Of a stretch of 64,000 bases of DNA, positions 62,335 through 64,000 are shown in pieces. The stretch's first letter is position 1, and each line of letters opens with the position of its first letter. The position numbers and the translations under genes are program-made. The stretch comes from Carcharhinus amblyrhynchos (Eukaryota), in assembly GCA_965287045.1 (NCBI GenBank), contig CBDIYR020000020.1:496001-560000 (forward strand), read 5' to 3'. The notes beneath the pieces are model-generated. The model saw only the letters and a program-made list of their open reading frames with translations. It made no database searches and had not been told where the DNA came from.

Positions 62335-62470
62335 NNNNNNNNNNNNNNNNNNNNNNNNNNNNNNNNNNNNNNNNNNNNNNNNNNNNNNNNNNNNNNNNNN
62401 NNNNNNNNNNNNNNNNNNNNNNNNNNNNNNNNNNNNNNNNNNNNNNNNNNNNNNNNNNNNNNNNNNNNNN
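62335..62470. other. Assembly gap (136 N)
   Basis: Run of n characters. Confidence 1.
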
Positions 62471-62689
62471 AACCAGACAAGGACATTTGATCTCTTGCTG
62501 AATCAAAGCTACTTACCTCCAGGGTCCAACACTCCTTCCCTGGGTTTAGCAGACAGGTTCTGTCCAGAGACAAATTAAAAATTGTGTACTAAAATTCACT
62601 GCCTCATTATAATGTTTGAAGTTCCAACCCACCACAAGTAAGTGAGTTCATCAATGCCCTGCACTGCCCTACACACCCCCAGCCATCAA

Positions 62690-62935
62690 GTGGTTGAGGT
62701 TGGGATTCAGACATCCAAAGTTTTCAGACCCTGCTCTAGATACCTTGGTGGTGGAGGTGGAAAAGAGAAAAAGGTGTCCTATAGGCACAGGGAGCCAGAA
62801 GGCTTCCAGACACACGCTCAGAAGGCATCAAGAGCAGGCAGCTCTGGAAGGTCAATGCCAGAAATGAAGCTCTGAGGACCTAATGTAATGGCACAAAAAA
62901 TTTAATGACCGCACAAGTGGTCAAGCCAGGTACAC
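62690..62935 (+). pseudogene. Harbinger-type Myb/SANT DNA-binding gene remnant
   Basis: Frameshifted ...RHTLRRHQEQAAL.VNARNEALRT*..KKFND resembles the W..VA..VNA....RT..QC.KK..DL pattern. Confidence 0.55.
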
Positions 62936-63127
62936 CACTGTCCTCAGACACTGCACAATTCACCACACCCTCATCACTCACCTACCAACAATTTCCATCA
63001 GGTCTCACACCCAACATTTATATACTTCACTGTATGTTCACATGATTAGCACTCAGAAAACCTCATACCCACTTCTCTCACATCGCACACACTGCCAGCT
63101 ATTCAACCATGACAGCCACATCACCTA

Positions 63128-63477
63128 AGGTAGGGGTAGAGAGATTCTTTCTGCTTAGAAAGGAAAACAGAACTAGAGGGCACAGTCTCAAAATAAGGGG
63201 GGTGCAGTTTAGAAAGGAGTTCAGGAGGAACTTCTTCACTCAAAGGGTGGTGAATCTCTGGAATTCTCTGCCCATTGAAGCGGTGGAGGCTACCTTGTTG
63301 AATATATTTAAATCACGGGTAGATAGATTTCTGATAGACAAGGGAATTAAGGGTTATGGGGAGAAAGCGGGAAAGTGGAACTGATCCACTTCAGATCAGC
63401 CATGATCTTATTGAATGGCAGGGCAGGCTCGAAGGTTTAGATGGCCTACTCCTATTTCTTATGTTCTTACGTTCTTG
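63128..63477 (+). mobile_element. CR1 3' end, related subfamily
   Basis: VERFFLLRKENRTRGHSLKI..FFTQRVVNLWNSLP..GYGEKAGKWN*, 3'UTR and ttcttatgttctta tail. Confidence 0.92.
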
Positions 63478-64000
63478 AACAAAAACTGCTGACTCACTAA
63501 CACTCCCTCTTTCTTACAGAATGAGATAGCACACAACCTTGAGCAAGAGGAGCTAACCCAGATAGAGATGTGTGTGCCTGGCATGTCCTAACCCCATGGT
63601 AGAGACGGTACTTATGAGATTGCCCATTGCTGAGACTGAACAGTGGCAGGGCTGAAACCAAAGATATAGGTATTCTCAAATCTAATCCAGCTTCTCACTG
63701 CCTCTCATCTGACGAGGACTACATGGTGTTAGCACAGATCTTTTACTTCAGCTTCCCTCCTCATGCCACAAACATACCCTCTTGCCTTTCTCCTTCCAGA
63801 TGCCCAAGAAATGCAGCCTGGCCAGGCAACAAGGCAGTGATGAGGACGTACTACAATCAATTTACACTTGCAGCCACCAGCTCAGATACTGACACTGTAA
63901 TTTTGAGGACAACATAGAGACAGGATTATCGCTGGAGGACTGGAATGCTACAAGTGCTCAGGTGAGCACTTCAAATGGGGAAGCCTACAGAGAGCAGCTG

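Noticed and set aside
62118-62573. ORFs spanning the N run
   Set aside because: Artefacts of the assembly gap
1-64000. CRISPR array, operon, retron or other prokaryotic or viral system
   Set aside because: No regularly spaced repeats or gene-dense region; all recognisable coding sequence is eukaryotic transposon

Overview
Repeat-rich, AT-rich vertebrate DNA, almost certainly cartilaginous fish (shark), intronic or intergenic. The assignment rests on HE1/V-SINE-like tRNA SINEs, HER1/CR1-clade LINEs and short fold-back Penelope-like elements. No host protein-coding gene could be identified with confidence; there are only a few weak minus-strand exon or promoter candidates. The long ORFs are CR1 reverse transcriptase: a young 5'-truncated copy at 601-2655 (-) and a sister copy at 61073-61747 (+). 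Other elements: a decayed Gypsy element with both LTRs (23448-27408), an old internally deleted CR1 retaining its ORF1 esterase, many SINEs (one nested), LF-SINE-like fossils, Harbinger Myb/SANT remnants, MITEs and a 136-N assembly gap. Two things stand out. First, short TSD-flanked fold-back Penelope-like elements carry minimal hammerhead ribozymes; one core looks intact (15069-15108, minus strand). Second, there are five local 120-510 bp duplications, four inverted and one direct, at least two of which sit at LINE deletion junctions and copy across element boundaries. I found no evidence of a prokaryotic-type system such as CRISPR or an operon. Family names come from recalled motifs, and identities are estimated by eye, not computed.
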